Shown here: positions 1 to 8,609 of the stretch, in pieces
Position numbering within the stretch: position 1 is the first letter of the stretch
Layout: each line of letters starts with the position of its first letter
From: a virus
Taxonomy: Duplodnaviria > Caudoviricetes
Strand: one strand, 5' to 3'
DNA: 30,386 nucleotides
IMG/VR virus record: IMGVR_UViG_3300044633_001359
Span: 1-30,386 of that record
Notes under the pieces: generated by a model
Seen by the model: the letters and a program-made list of their open reading frames with translations, nothing else
The model's database searches: none
What the model was told of the DNA's origin: nothing
Position numbers and translations under genes: made by a program

Positions 1-665
1 GAAGTTCCGCTAGTTCCTGATGAACCACTTGTTCCCGAGCTACCATCAGTACCTGAAGTACCACTAGTTCCTGATGAACCATCCGTACCTGAAGTACCAC
101 TAGTTCCTGATGAACCATCTGTACCTGAAGTACCACTAGTTCCTGATGAACCATCCGTTCCACTTGTACCACTAGTTCCTGAGCTACCATCCGTACCTGA
201 AGTTCCGCTAGTTCCTGATGAACCACTTGTTCCCGAGCTACCATCAGTACCTGAAGTACCACTAGTTCCTGAGCTACCATCTGTACCTGAAGTACCACTA
301 GTTCCTGAGCTACCATCAATACCTGAAGTTCCGCTAGTTCCTGATGAACCATCAATACCACTAACTCCAGAAGTTCCACTTGTACCGCTAGTTCCTGAGC
401 TACCATCCGTTCCACTTGTACCGCTAGTTCCTGATGAACCACTTGTTCCCGAGCTACCATCAGTACCTGAAGTACCACTAGTTCCTGAGCTACCATCTGC
501 ACCTGAAGTTCCGCTAGTTCCTGAGCTACCATCCGTTCCACTTGTACCGCTAGTTCCTGATGAACCATCTGTACCTGAAGTTCCGCTAGTTCCTGAGCTA
601 CCATCAATACCACTTACTCCAGAAGTTCCGCTAGTCCCTGATGAACCACTTGAACCTGAAGTTCC
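1..665 (-). repeat. Coding tandem repeat: 9-nt Gly-X-Y units grouped mainly in 36-nt (GSS-GTS-GTS-GTD) blocks
   Basis: Gly at every third codon from 665 to the window edge, with recurring plus-strand units such as ctagttcctgatgaaccatc and gtacctgaagtacca. Confidence 0.95.
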
Positions 666-1532
666 ACCCGTAAATGAAACTGATATATTACCATCACCGT
701 TATCGGTGACTACTGCATCTGAAAATGTTATTCCTGTTACGTTTGTTGCAGTTACTCCTGAAGTAGCATCATAAACCGTAAGAGGACTACCTCCACCACC
801 TGATGTAAATCCTGTAACTTGAATATCCTCACCAAGTGAGTTAGTTAATGTTAAAGTTTGAGTACCTGAATTATAAGTTCCTCCTGTAATTGGAGCAGTT
901 AATCCTGTAATTGTTACAGTACCACCAGTATTATTATATAACTCTAAATCAGATGTTCCCGAAAAATATGTACCACCCGTAATTTGAATATCAGTACCAT
1001 AAAATATTCTCCAACGTGCGTCTTCTCTTGTTGTACCACTTTGACCCTCAATCGTTGAACCAGTCCAAGCGTTAATGAAATCTCTACCCGCTTGAGAACG
1101 GTCATTGACTGTTGTAGTATATTCTGTAACCGTAGTCGCTGAATTACCTGTTAAACCTGATAAATTATTCCATAATGTTTCATAATTTGGTATAGTATAT
1201 TGATAAACCGTTTCCGTCTCCTGAACGAAAACTTGCATACCTAATCGTCTTCTACCTGAAGAAATATTATCAGAATTTAAAGTTAATACGTCACGAGAAA
1301 AGGCACTACCAGTCCCTTTAGTGAATTGAATTGGAATTGTGTTACCCGAATTTTGAATTACTCCTGATGTTACACCATATGTGGACCAATTTAAATCCGA
1401 TAATGTATAAACTTCCATGTACCCGCCAGTTTGGAGTACGGAAAAATTAGTACCAAATGTTGATGTTCTCGATACAGACTCTGAACCTGAAAGTTGACTC
1501 GCCGTTATGGGATTTTTATATGGAAATGACAT
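1..1532 (-). CDS. Fibre-like virion protein with long proline-free Gly-X-Y (GSS/GTS/GTD) repeat; 3'-partial, runs off the window
   Basis: Not in the ORF track because there is no stop in the window. Manual translation from ATG at 1532: MSFPYKNPITASQLSGSESVSRTSTFG...NISSGRRRLGMQVFVQETETVYQY...ITGGTYFSG...SFTGGTSGSSGSSGTSGTSGVSGIDGSSGTSGTSGTD..., open to position 1. It lies directly downstream of the other structural genes. Confidence 0.85.
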   Translation of the reverse strand, partial: MSFPYKNPITASQLSGSESVSRTSTFGTNFSVLQTGGYMEVYTLSDLNWSTYGVTSGVIQNSGNTIPIQFTKGTGSAFSRDVLTLNSDNISSGRRRLGMQVFVQETETVYQYTIPNYETLWNNLSGLTGNSATTVTEYTTTVNDRSQAGRDFINAWTGSTIEGQSGTTREDARWRIFYGTDIQITGGTYFSGTSDLELYNNTGGTVTITGLTAPITGGTYNSGTQTLTLTNSLGEDIQVTGFTSGGGGSPLTVYDATSGVTATNVTGITFSDAVVTDNGDGNISVSFTGGTSGSSGSSGTSGTSGVSGIDGSSGTSGTSGTDGSSGTSGTSGTDGSSGTSGTSGADGSSGTSGTSGTDGSSGTSGSSGTSGTSGTDGSSGTSGTSGTSGVSGIDGSSGTSGTSGIDGSSGTSGTSGTDGSSGTSGTSGTDGSSGTSGSSGTSGTSGTDGSSGTSGTSGTDGSSGTSGTSGTDGSSGTSGTSGTDGSSGTSGTSGTDGSSGTSGSSGTSGT

Positions 1533-1566
1533 GTTATTCTTTTTATAATATAATTATATTTTTATC

Positions 1567-3063
1567 TTATGTTTTAGTGTCTCCTTTAAAGTAAAGTGTA
1601 ACCGCTAATGGTGGTGTTGTTGGTTGTTCCGCAAATGAACCCATCCACAATACTCGGTAAGTACCAGCAGGAATTGCCGCTCCTGAAGTAACAGTAACGT
1701 TTTGTGTTGATAGACCTGGGTCAGGTAATCCATCATTGATAATATTCGTAGAACATGCTCCTCCAGAGCCAATGTCAACAGTCATATTTGTCATAGTTCC
1801 TCCAACTCCCGCAAGTGGTATCCAAATTGAATAGAAATATTTATAAGTAGGATTAACTTGAGCGGTTGTTACAGCAATCGTCCCAAATGTGTACTGTGTT
1901 TGAGAACATCCATAAGCATCAGTTCCTGAACCAGAAGCCTGTCTTATTGGTCCCGCAAAATTTGTTACAGGAGTTACGAATCCATCAACAGGAGTACTCC
2001 AACCTGAGAAGTGAACATAAGTATCCAAATAAGGTGAATATCCCGCACCTGAAGCTGGTGGCCCTCCTGTATTCCAATACCCATACCAACCAGCACCTTC
2101 GTCAGTCATATATTGACCAAGATTTGTAGTAGATGCGAAATCATCAGGTTCAGGGAATAAATAAGCCGAGAATGGTAAGTTAGTTGGTGTTGGAGTTTGA
2201 GTTAATGTTGGAGTATTAGTTTGAGTTGGTGTTTGACTTGTTGTTGGTGTTGGTGTCTCAGTCGCAGTATTAGTAGGTGTTAAAGTATTAGTAGGTGTTT
2301 GAGTTACTGTAGGAGTATTAGTTGGCGTCTCACTTGGAGTTACAGTTGGTGTTGCAGTTTCAGTAGGAGTTTGAGTCGCAGTTAACGTAGTAGTAGTTGT
2401 TGGAGTAAGTGTTGGTGTTTGAGTTACTGTTGGTGTTTGAGTTGCGGTTTCACTTGGAGTAACTGAAGGAGTTACTGTTGGTGTCGCAGTTTCAGTTGGT
2501 GTTTGAGTTGCAGTTAACGTAGTAGTAGTTGTTGGTGTAAGTGTTGGCGTTTCAGTCACTGTAGGAGTCTGAGTTGTAGTTTCGCTTGGAGTAATTGAAG
2601 GAGTTACTGTTGGAGTTTGAGTTACCGTAGGTGTTTGAGTTTCAGTTTGACTCGGAGTAATTGAAGGAGTATTTGTTGGTGTCTCACTTGGAGTACCTGT
2701 CGGTGTTTGAGATAATGTTGGTGTTGGAGTTGGGGTTCCAGTATTTGTAGTGGTAATCGTAGGTGTTGGTGTTGCACCTGTTAGTGGGTCAGTTTGTGTT
2801 GGAGTTGGTGTTAGCGTTGGTGTCGCACTTGGTGTAGGCGTAACACATTCAAGAGTTATTACAACTCCGTTAAGCATTTGGGTTCTTGTTTGTGCCGAAT
2901 AGTAAAGAACATTGTCAACATAAACATTAAATGGACCTAAAGCATTTGAATTTGAAGCTAATCTAACTATATAACTAGTACAACCAGTAATCGTAAGTTG
3001 TTGTTCGATTTCTGTACCGCACCCAGGGGCTTCGTTTGTAACTGAAATAAGATATGTGGACAT
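1567..3063 (-). CDS. Putative virion appendage protein: small N-terminal domain, ~220-aa Thr/Pro-rich stalk, globular C-terminal domain
   Basis: 498 aa, with TPTPT/TETPT/TQTPT repeats at about aa 75-294 and a Gly/aromatic-rich C-terminal domain. Sits in the structural cluster. Confidence 0.7.
   Translation of the reverse strand: MSTYLISVTNEAPGCGTEIEQQLTITGCTSYIVRLASNSNALGPFNVYVDNVLYYSAQTRTQMLNGVVITLECVTPTPSATPTLTPTPTQTDPLTGATPTPTITTTNTGTPTPTPTLSQTPTGTPSETPTNTPSITPSQTETQTPTVTQTPTVTPSITPSETTTQTPTVTETPTLTPTTTTTLTATQTPTETATPTVTPSVTPSETATQTPTVTQTPTLTPTTTTTLTATQTPTETATPTVTPSETPTNTPTVTQTPTNTLTPTNTATETPTPTTSQTPTQTNTPTLTQTPTPTNLPFSAYLFPEPDDFASTTNLGQYMTDEGAGWYGYWNTGGPPASGAGYSPYLDTYVHFSGWSTPVDGFVTPVTNFAGPIRQASGSGTDAYGCSQTQYTFGTIAVTTAQVNPTYKYFYSIWIPLAGVGGTMTNMTVDIGSGGACSTNIINDGLPDPGLSTQNVTVTSGAAIPAGTYRVLWMGSFAEQPTTPPLAVTLYFKGDTKT
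2180..2842 (-). repeat. Thr/Pro low-complexity coding repeat with a 132-nt (44-aa) internal duplication
   Basis: [28 protein letters not shown] occurs twice. The DNA block gcagttaacgtagtagtagttgttgg recurs near 2378 and 2510. Confidence 0.9.
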
Positions 3064-3079
3064 TATATGTTTTTATTTA

Positions 3080-3086
3080 ATAAATA
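3080..3086 (-). promoter_or_regulatory. Putative phage late-promoter motif TATTTAT
   Basis: GTATTTATT, 16 nt upstream of ATG 3063. The same motif recurs at 9531, 18139, 20535 and 30121. Confidence 0.45.
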
Positions 3087-3133
3087 CCACAACAATACTA
3101 TTTCATTTAAAGGAATTAAAAATATTGGAAAGT

Positions 3134-3493
3134 TTAATCTAACGTAACAACACAACTTTCAGGTTGAATTTCGATATTAACAGTACAATTTGACTCTTGA
3201 ATATCAATATTGACAACACAAGACGCCATTTCAATTGTGATTTGGAATGTACAACCAAAAGTACACTGTAATAATTTAAAAATACTACACCCATTATCAT
3301 CCGTTAATGTTAACATGATTTCAGGTGCGGTGTTGAATATAGAAGGTATTACCGTATTGTACTCAACAATTGGTGGGACAGGTCCAGGGTCAATCGTACC
3401 AAGTAAAGTTTGATAGTTACCATACACATCTGAAATGTATACATCAATAGGGTATGTCCCCCCCGTTATTTCAGTTATTCTTACTTGTGTCAT
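3134..3493 (-). CDS. Small structural protein: one SprB-like beta domain plus C-terminal 11-aa Cys repeats
   Basis: Start moved to ATG 3493, which overlaps the upstream TGA as ATGA (119 aa). Has the motifs ITGGTYP...LTDDNGC, like the neighbouring SprB-type repeats, and ends CTFQITIEMAS-CVVNIDIQESN-CTVNIEIQPES-CVVTLD. Confidence 0.65.
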   Translation of the reverse strand: MTQVRITEITGGTYPIDVYISDVYGNYQTLLGTIDPGPVPPIVEYNTVIPSIFNTAPEIMLTLTDDNGCSIFKLLQCTFGCTFQITIEMASCVVNIDIQESNCTVNIEIQPESCVVTLD

Positions 3494-5625
3494 GTCAAAC
3501 AAATTGTATCATAAACGATTAATAACTCAACAATGATTTCTTGACCATCCAAACTATTGCTATTTGGATTTGTCTCAATTGTTATTTGATTGTTACCCGC
3601 ATCTACAGTAACATTTCCAATACCAGGTATTGTTTGTAACAAACTAACAACCGTGTCATAGTATTCATTATCAGTTGGCGCAACAACTAATGAAGTAGTT
3701 GTAAAGAAAGTATCACTCGCGGTTAAACCTAACGGATTAACCGAAACATTCACAGTATAAGTCGCAGAAATTAAACTACAACTTGTATTACCCGATGTTA
3801 AATCATCAAATCCATCATTTAACATTTGTAACAAACCATATTTCGTTTGTGATTGGATGTTAAACACTTCAGAACCCATCACATATGTCTGATAAGAGGC
3901 ATAACTTGCATCACAAGTAATATCAGTGAATCGTTGTAATGAACAACCATTACTATCTATGATGGTAACATTGTATGTTCCCGCAGTAAGACCACTTACT
4001 TGAATTTGTTGTGGGTTGTTTGGTACATTAGGTGACCAAACATATGTAAATGGAGGTTCCCCTGAAGAAATAAATGCGGTTATTGAACCGTTTGAACCAT
4101 TACCACAAGATGTATTATATAAGCTATAATTTAATGATGAACTTTCATTCACATAAACTTGTAATGTTTGAGTACAACCTGTATTATCAGTAACCGTAAT
4201 TGTATGTTGACCTGAAGACACATTATTGAATGTCACGGCCGATTGCGAAGTATCCAACACATTTACCAAACCATCCAATGAATAATCATATGGAGGTTCA
4301 CCACCATTTGTTTTGGTTACAGTTATGTATCCATTATTTTGATTACAAGTCGTACCTGTTGTTTGTGTTGAAATTGTGAATGTATTTGTCGCAATTAAAG
4401 TAACCTCATCCATATAAAAACAACCTGAAGCATCTGCAACTGAAACTGTATATGTTCCCGAATATAAATTAGAAAATAATTGATTTGTTTGTGAATTGGC
4501 AACATTTAAAACATTACCATTAGGGTAAATTAATGTATAAGTATATGGCGATGTTCCCCCATTAACCGCGACACTAATAGTACCACCACTACTCGAACAT
4601 GTAGAACCTTGAGTGTTTATACTTACGGAAGTTATTCCATTTGGTGAAGTTAATACAGTTCCTTGAGTAAAGGTACATAAACCTGCGTCGGTGACACTTA
4701 TACTATAATTACCTGGTGATAACCCTGACAATGTCCAACTTGTTGCATATTGAACAACAACATCCCCTGTCGATGCAGAGTAATAATAAGGTGCAGTTCC
4801 ACCCGTAATCTGAATTGTTAATACACCGTTGGCAGAAAAACAAGTAGGTTGGGTTGCGGTAAATGTTCCAAAACCAAGAGGAGCAATATCATTAATAGTT
4901 GCCGTCTCAGTTTTAACACACCCATAACCATCGGTAACATCAACAGAATAAACCCCCGCAGTCAAACCTGTTACAGTCGACCCCGTCGCACTTGTACTCC
5001 AAGAATAACTAAAAGGTGGATGACCTGTCAATCCCGTAATCATGATTTTACCCATAGGACTTCCACCACAAGAAGAGTTTGGTACTGCATATAATCCATA
5101 GTTTAATGACGGAGAATCTTCAACAATGAAGTTAGAAGTTTGTGCAGTACATCCACCCAAATCTTCAACCGTCATATAATATGTTCCCGCAGTTAAACTA
5201 CCAAATACAACAGTTTGTTGGTTGGTAATTGCAGATTGTGAAAATACACCATCCCCATGGTATAAATAAAAATTGGTTGATGAATAATCAGATGTTGAGG
5301 TTCCTGTCACAGAGCCATTATTAATTCCACACGTCGTATCTACAACAGATACAATACTAGCACACACCCCACTTGATACGGGGATGTTAATATAAAATTC
5401 AGAGTTTGTTGGTAGGGTACTATCATTAACCCTAACCGCATATGTTGTGGCGCTTAACCCTGTCTTAACCGCAGGTAATGTAGTTACAATATCAGGAGAT
5501 AAAACAGGACTTAACCATTGTACTGTGTAAGGAGGTGTACCACCAGTCAATAATAAACTGATTGAACCTGAATTAGTGTTTGAACAGTCCCCCGTTACCG
5601 ATATGTTATAGTTAAAAACTGACAT
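3490..5625 (-). CDS. SprB-repeat-containing protein (seven ~80-85-aa repeats), putative virion adhesin/fibre
   Basis: Repeats match the SprB-type pattern txxxC...nGsIt.....GGtpPYtYsW......sgLtaGtYtvtvtDxxGC (e.g. TQPTCFSANGVLTIQITGGTAPYYYS...SGLSPGNYSISVTDAGLC). No signal peptide and no recognisable T9SS C-terminal signal. Confidence 0.8.
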   Translation of the reverse strand: MSVFNYNISVTGDCSNTNSGSISLLLTGGTPPYTVQWLSPVLSPDIVTTLPAVKTGLSATTYAVRVNDSTLPTNSEFYINIPVSSGVCASIVSVVDTTCGINNGSVTGTSTSDYSSTNFYLYHGDGVFSQSAITNQQTVVFGSLTAGTYYMTVEDLGGCTAQTSNFIVEDSPSLNYGLYAVPNSSCGGSPMGKIMITGLTGHPPFSYSWSTSATGSTVTGLTAGVYSVDVTDGYGCVKTETATINDIAPLGFGTFTATQPTCFSANGVLTIQITGGTAPYYYSASTGDVVVQYATSWTLSGLSPGNYSISVTDAGLCTFTQGTVLTSPNGITSVSINTQGSTCSSSGGTISVAVNGGTSPYTYTLIYPNGNVLNVANSQTNQLFSNLYSGTYTVSVADASGCFYMDEVTLIATNTFTISTQTTGTTCNQNNGYITVTKTNGGEPPYDYSLDGLVNVLDTSQSAVTFNNVSSGQHTITVTDNTGCTQTLQVYVNESSSLNYSLYNTSCGNGSNGSITAFISSGEPPFTYVWSPNVPNNPQQIQVSGLTAGTYNVTIIDSNGCSLQRFTDITCDASYASYQTYVMGSEVFNIQSQTKYGLLQMLNDGFDDLTSGNTSCSLISATYTVNVSVNPLGLTASDTFFTTTSLVVAPTDNEYYDTVVSLLQTIPGIGNVTVDAGNNQITIETNPNSNSLDGQEIIVELLIVYDTICLT

Positions 5626-8609
5626 TATATACTACAATCTATATTAATATTTATTCCAACATTTAAAACCACTGTCTCTTGTAAATTTTGAGGCAAACAA
5701 TTTAAATTGGTTATTGTTAATTCATTACCATTTAAGAAGTAAGTATATCCGTAGTTGTATAATGTTGGTAAATTATCTATCAAAGCATTTCTCCATTCAG
5801 TATTTGTTGGAACGTCATCGTACCCATATCCATTATAGAATGTTTCTTGTATTAATATATTGCCAGCAATTCGTAAGTCAACAAACCATTCAGTTTGAAC
5901 TGAATTTTGGTCACATTGAGTTAATGTCAATCCGCTTGATGATAACATGTTGTTGATTCTATTTGCCAAAATGCTGTCAAAGTTTGAAACCGCAATGTCA
6001 CCATTCAACCATGGATAGATATTGAAATCAACATATTCTGTACTACATGTATAGTCAAAAATGTTTGAAATAATGAAACATGGGTCAACAGGAACTGGTA
6101 CAAACTGACATCCTCTTTGTCTTCTATAAACAAACTTTTGTTTGTGTAACACAGAGTTTTCCAATCTAACCCCACCATTCCAAATGGTTGTTGCAGGAAC
6201 CATCTGTTCCACCAACTTAGTCCAATAAGGACCAATACCATTCACGTAATCAATTAACTTTTGATACGTGTACTTGTTGTTAGGTAATCCAACAGTTTGT
6301 TCTGATTCAATGTATTTCCACCAAATAGATTGTAATGTAGGATAACCACCCGTTTTACCATCAGAGATGTATTGTCTGTTTCGAGTGTTAATCATATTCT
6401 GCCAAAAAGTTTGGGAGAATTCAAAGAATGTTTTTTTCTTAGGCTTGGGGTCAACATACGTCCAATCAACTCCACCTGGTACAGGATAACCAACCGTTAA
6501 ACCTGATTCAGGAATTGGGTAATCATAGTTTCTTGATTGTTCCCACACATCATAAACAAGACCTTGACCAGGGTTCAAGAATATATCAACGTTTTTAACG
6601 TTTAATACCAATTTTTCGTTATCCACAAAATAGTAAGCGTTGTAATCACCTTGGGTTGAAACCCTTACTTTGTCGTCGTCTGCCAACCATGACTTATTAT
6701 TATCAACAATCTTCTGAAGTTTAAACCCTTCAGTCATGTAAGGGAAATCTCTAAATCTATTTAAATAAGTCTGACCATATGTGAATGGTTGTAATTGTGT
6801 TTGGATATTAAAATTTTGACCTGTAAACACATTTCCTGTAATCGTAACCTCGTCAGGACTTCTATGTTGTGGAGTTTGTTCATACCAACCTGCACCGATT
6901 TGGAAGAAATAATTTTCAGTATTAACAGGTGCGTTTGGATAACCCTCAAAATCTATTGGGTAATTCTCTAATGTGATATTCACATCTTGGTATGTAGCAT
7001 TTGTTGTAAATGCCGTAAATATTTGACCGTGAATACTATATGTTTGACCTACAGCATATGTTGGTGTTTCTTGAACATATGTTCCACCTGAAATTTGAGC
7101 CCATTGAGTATAGAATTGGTCTAAATTAATTTTTTGGTCAGCTAAATAAATGTGTTCGTTGTATTCAATTAAAGAATCAGGTGCACCAATTAATCTTAAT
7201 AAAAACTCAACAGACCTTCTCGTACCTTTTGATTTGAAAAGATAAGAAGCGTTAAGAATTAAGTTTCTATAATAAGCATAATTTAATTCTGTAGGTGTTA
7301 AAGCTCTGGTATATCCAGGATAAGTTGGTGTGGCAGTGTTACCAAATACAGACGATAAGAAATCTTCATTTGTAATTGGTGAGAAATTAGATGACCATCC
7401 TAAAGTTTGAGATAAATTAACTAATAACTGTGATGGTATATCGTTTGATGGATTATAGTTTACAGAATTCATGTAAGCCAATCCTTCAATAAATTGTTTT
7501 ATTTGGTCGAAACTTCTACCGTAAATTTGAAATATCTTTTCAACTTTTCTACCTAAAGTATCAAATTCTTTTAATGAATCTGAAACTAAGAATCTTGAAA
7601 TTAAATTTGTTTTAAATGAATCTAATTCTACCGCAATCGCTTGAATTTGCTCCAAATAATTATCGAATAAAAACGAACTAATATCTAAGTTCCACGGACC
7701 ATTTTTTGGCCAAGTCACTTGTTGGTAATTCGTATAAGTCTGACCATATTCATTTTGTGCAGGTACTTGGAATACCGCAGTGTATTCAGGTCTAACTAAT
7801 CTATTCAATAAAAACTTTTCAACTTCATCAAAATCTTCTTGAAAGGACTTGTCAACTATATAGTCATTAGGTCTAATCTGGTATTCATCGTTGATTGTTG
7901 TTGCGGTCGTACCAAACGGAGCTCCTGAAACATAAAATGTTAGTTCACCTGAAGATAATGTTTGAGATGGAACAAAAGCCAATATTTTGAATATGTTATC
8001 ATTAATACTAATACAATAATCCAAATAAGTCTCAGTTAAATTTCTATACTTAGATGAAACTATTTCTCTTATCGCCAAATTAGTTGTGGCACTAATTGAA
8101 TAATCAATATCAAATGGGTTTTTAATACTATTAACATTTACTTTAAAATATGTTTCGTCATTTTGAACATCATAAACAATATCATATGCCGTATTTCCAG
8201 TCACATAATTACCATTAGCAAACTGAACGTCTAAAGATGCTGGAAAATAATTAATAATCTTAGTAATTGAAACCCTAAATCTTTCAGATAGGGAACCATA
8301 CATTGAGAAATTAAGAACTTGGGTAATGTCAAAGTTAGGGTAAACTCTAAATTGAGTTGCTAATATTCTTCGACTCTCTTCAAGACTGTCAATGTTCATA
8401 GAATCCAACGTCATAGGTTCGGAGAAAGCTCCGACATTGAATGTTCTATTAACTTTTTCTGTAACACCTGTGGTAAACTCAAAATTACCTTGCGTAAGTC
8501 CTCCACCCTCAACAGTTTGTAATCCTACAATGTTGTCAGAGAAAGTACCTGCACCACTACCTGGTCTTGGTGGGTAAAAGAATTTAGTATTTTTGGTATT
8601 TACCGCCAT
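5625..8609 (-). CDS. Baseplate wedge subunit (T4 gp7 / P2 gpI-like) with extended domains
   Basis: DIPSQLLVNLSQTLGW and YLFKSKGTRRSVEFLLRLIG resemble the P2 gpI/gp7-type wedge motif (L..LA..LGW ... KGT...i...l...G). Lies in the gp25/gp6 cluster with a TAATG overlap on each side. Confidence 0.65.
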   Translation of the reverse strand: MAVNTKNTKFFYPPRPGSGAGTFSDNIVGLQTVEGGGLTQGNFEFTTGVTEKVNRTFNVGAFSEPMTLDSMNIDSLEESRRILATQFRVYPNFDITQVLNFSMYGSLSERFRVSITKIINYFPASLDVQFANGNYVTGNTAYDIVYDVQNDETYFKVNVNSIKNPFDIDYSISATTNLAIREIVSSKYRNLTETYLDYCISINDNIFKILAFVPSQTLSSGELTFYVSGAPFGTTATTINDEYQIRPNDYIVDKSFQEDFDEVEKFLLNRLVRPEYTAVFQVPAQNEYGQTYTNYQQVTWPKNGPWNLDISSFLFDNYLEQIQAIAVELDSFKTNLISRFLVSDSLKEFDTLGRKVEKIFQIYGRSFDQIKQFIEGLAYMNSVNYNPSNDIPSQLLVNLSQTLGWSSNFSPITNEDFLSSVFGNTATPTYPGYTRALTPTELNYAYYRNLILNASYLFKSKGTRRSVEFLLRLIGAPDSLIEYNEHIYLADQKINLDQFYTQWAQISGGTYVQETPTYAVGQTYSIHGQIFTAFTTNATYQDVNITLENYPIDFEGYPNAPVNTENYFFQIGAGWYEQTPQHRSPDEVTITGNVFTGQNFNIQTQLQPFTYGQTYLNRFRDFPYMTEGFKLQKIVDNNKSWLADDDKVRVSTQGDYNAYYFVDNEKLVLNVKNVDIFLNPGQGLVYDVWEQSRNYDYPIPESGLTVGYPVPGGVDWTYVDPKPKKKTFFEFSQTFWQNMINTRNRQYISDGKTGGYPTLQSIWWKYIESEQTVGLPNNKYTYQKLIDYVNGIGPYWTKLVEQMVPATTIWNGGVRLENSVLHKQKFVYRRQRGCQFVPVPVDPCFIISNIFDYTCSTEYVDFNIYPWLNGDIAVSNFDSILANRINNMLSSSGLTLTQCDQNSVQTEWFVDLRIAGNILIQETFYNGYGYDDVPTNTEWRNALIDNLPTLYNYGYTYFLNGNELTITNLNCLPQNLQETVVLNVGININIDCSI

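Noticed and set aside
1-665. 36-nt periodicity suggestive of a CRISPR array
   Set aside because: There are no unique spacers. Units are contiguous, vary mainly at synonymous positions and stay in frame as Gly-X-Y codons.
3494-3502. TTG start for the 122-aa ORF given in the track
   Set aside because: ATG at 3493 overlaps the upstream TGA (ATGA coupling) and is the more plausible start.
1-5625. Diversity-generating retroelement target among the fibre genes
   Set aside because: No reverse transcriptase and no template/variable repeat pair differing at adenines is visible in this window. One elsewhere in the genome cannot be excluded.
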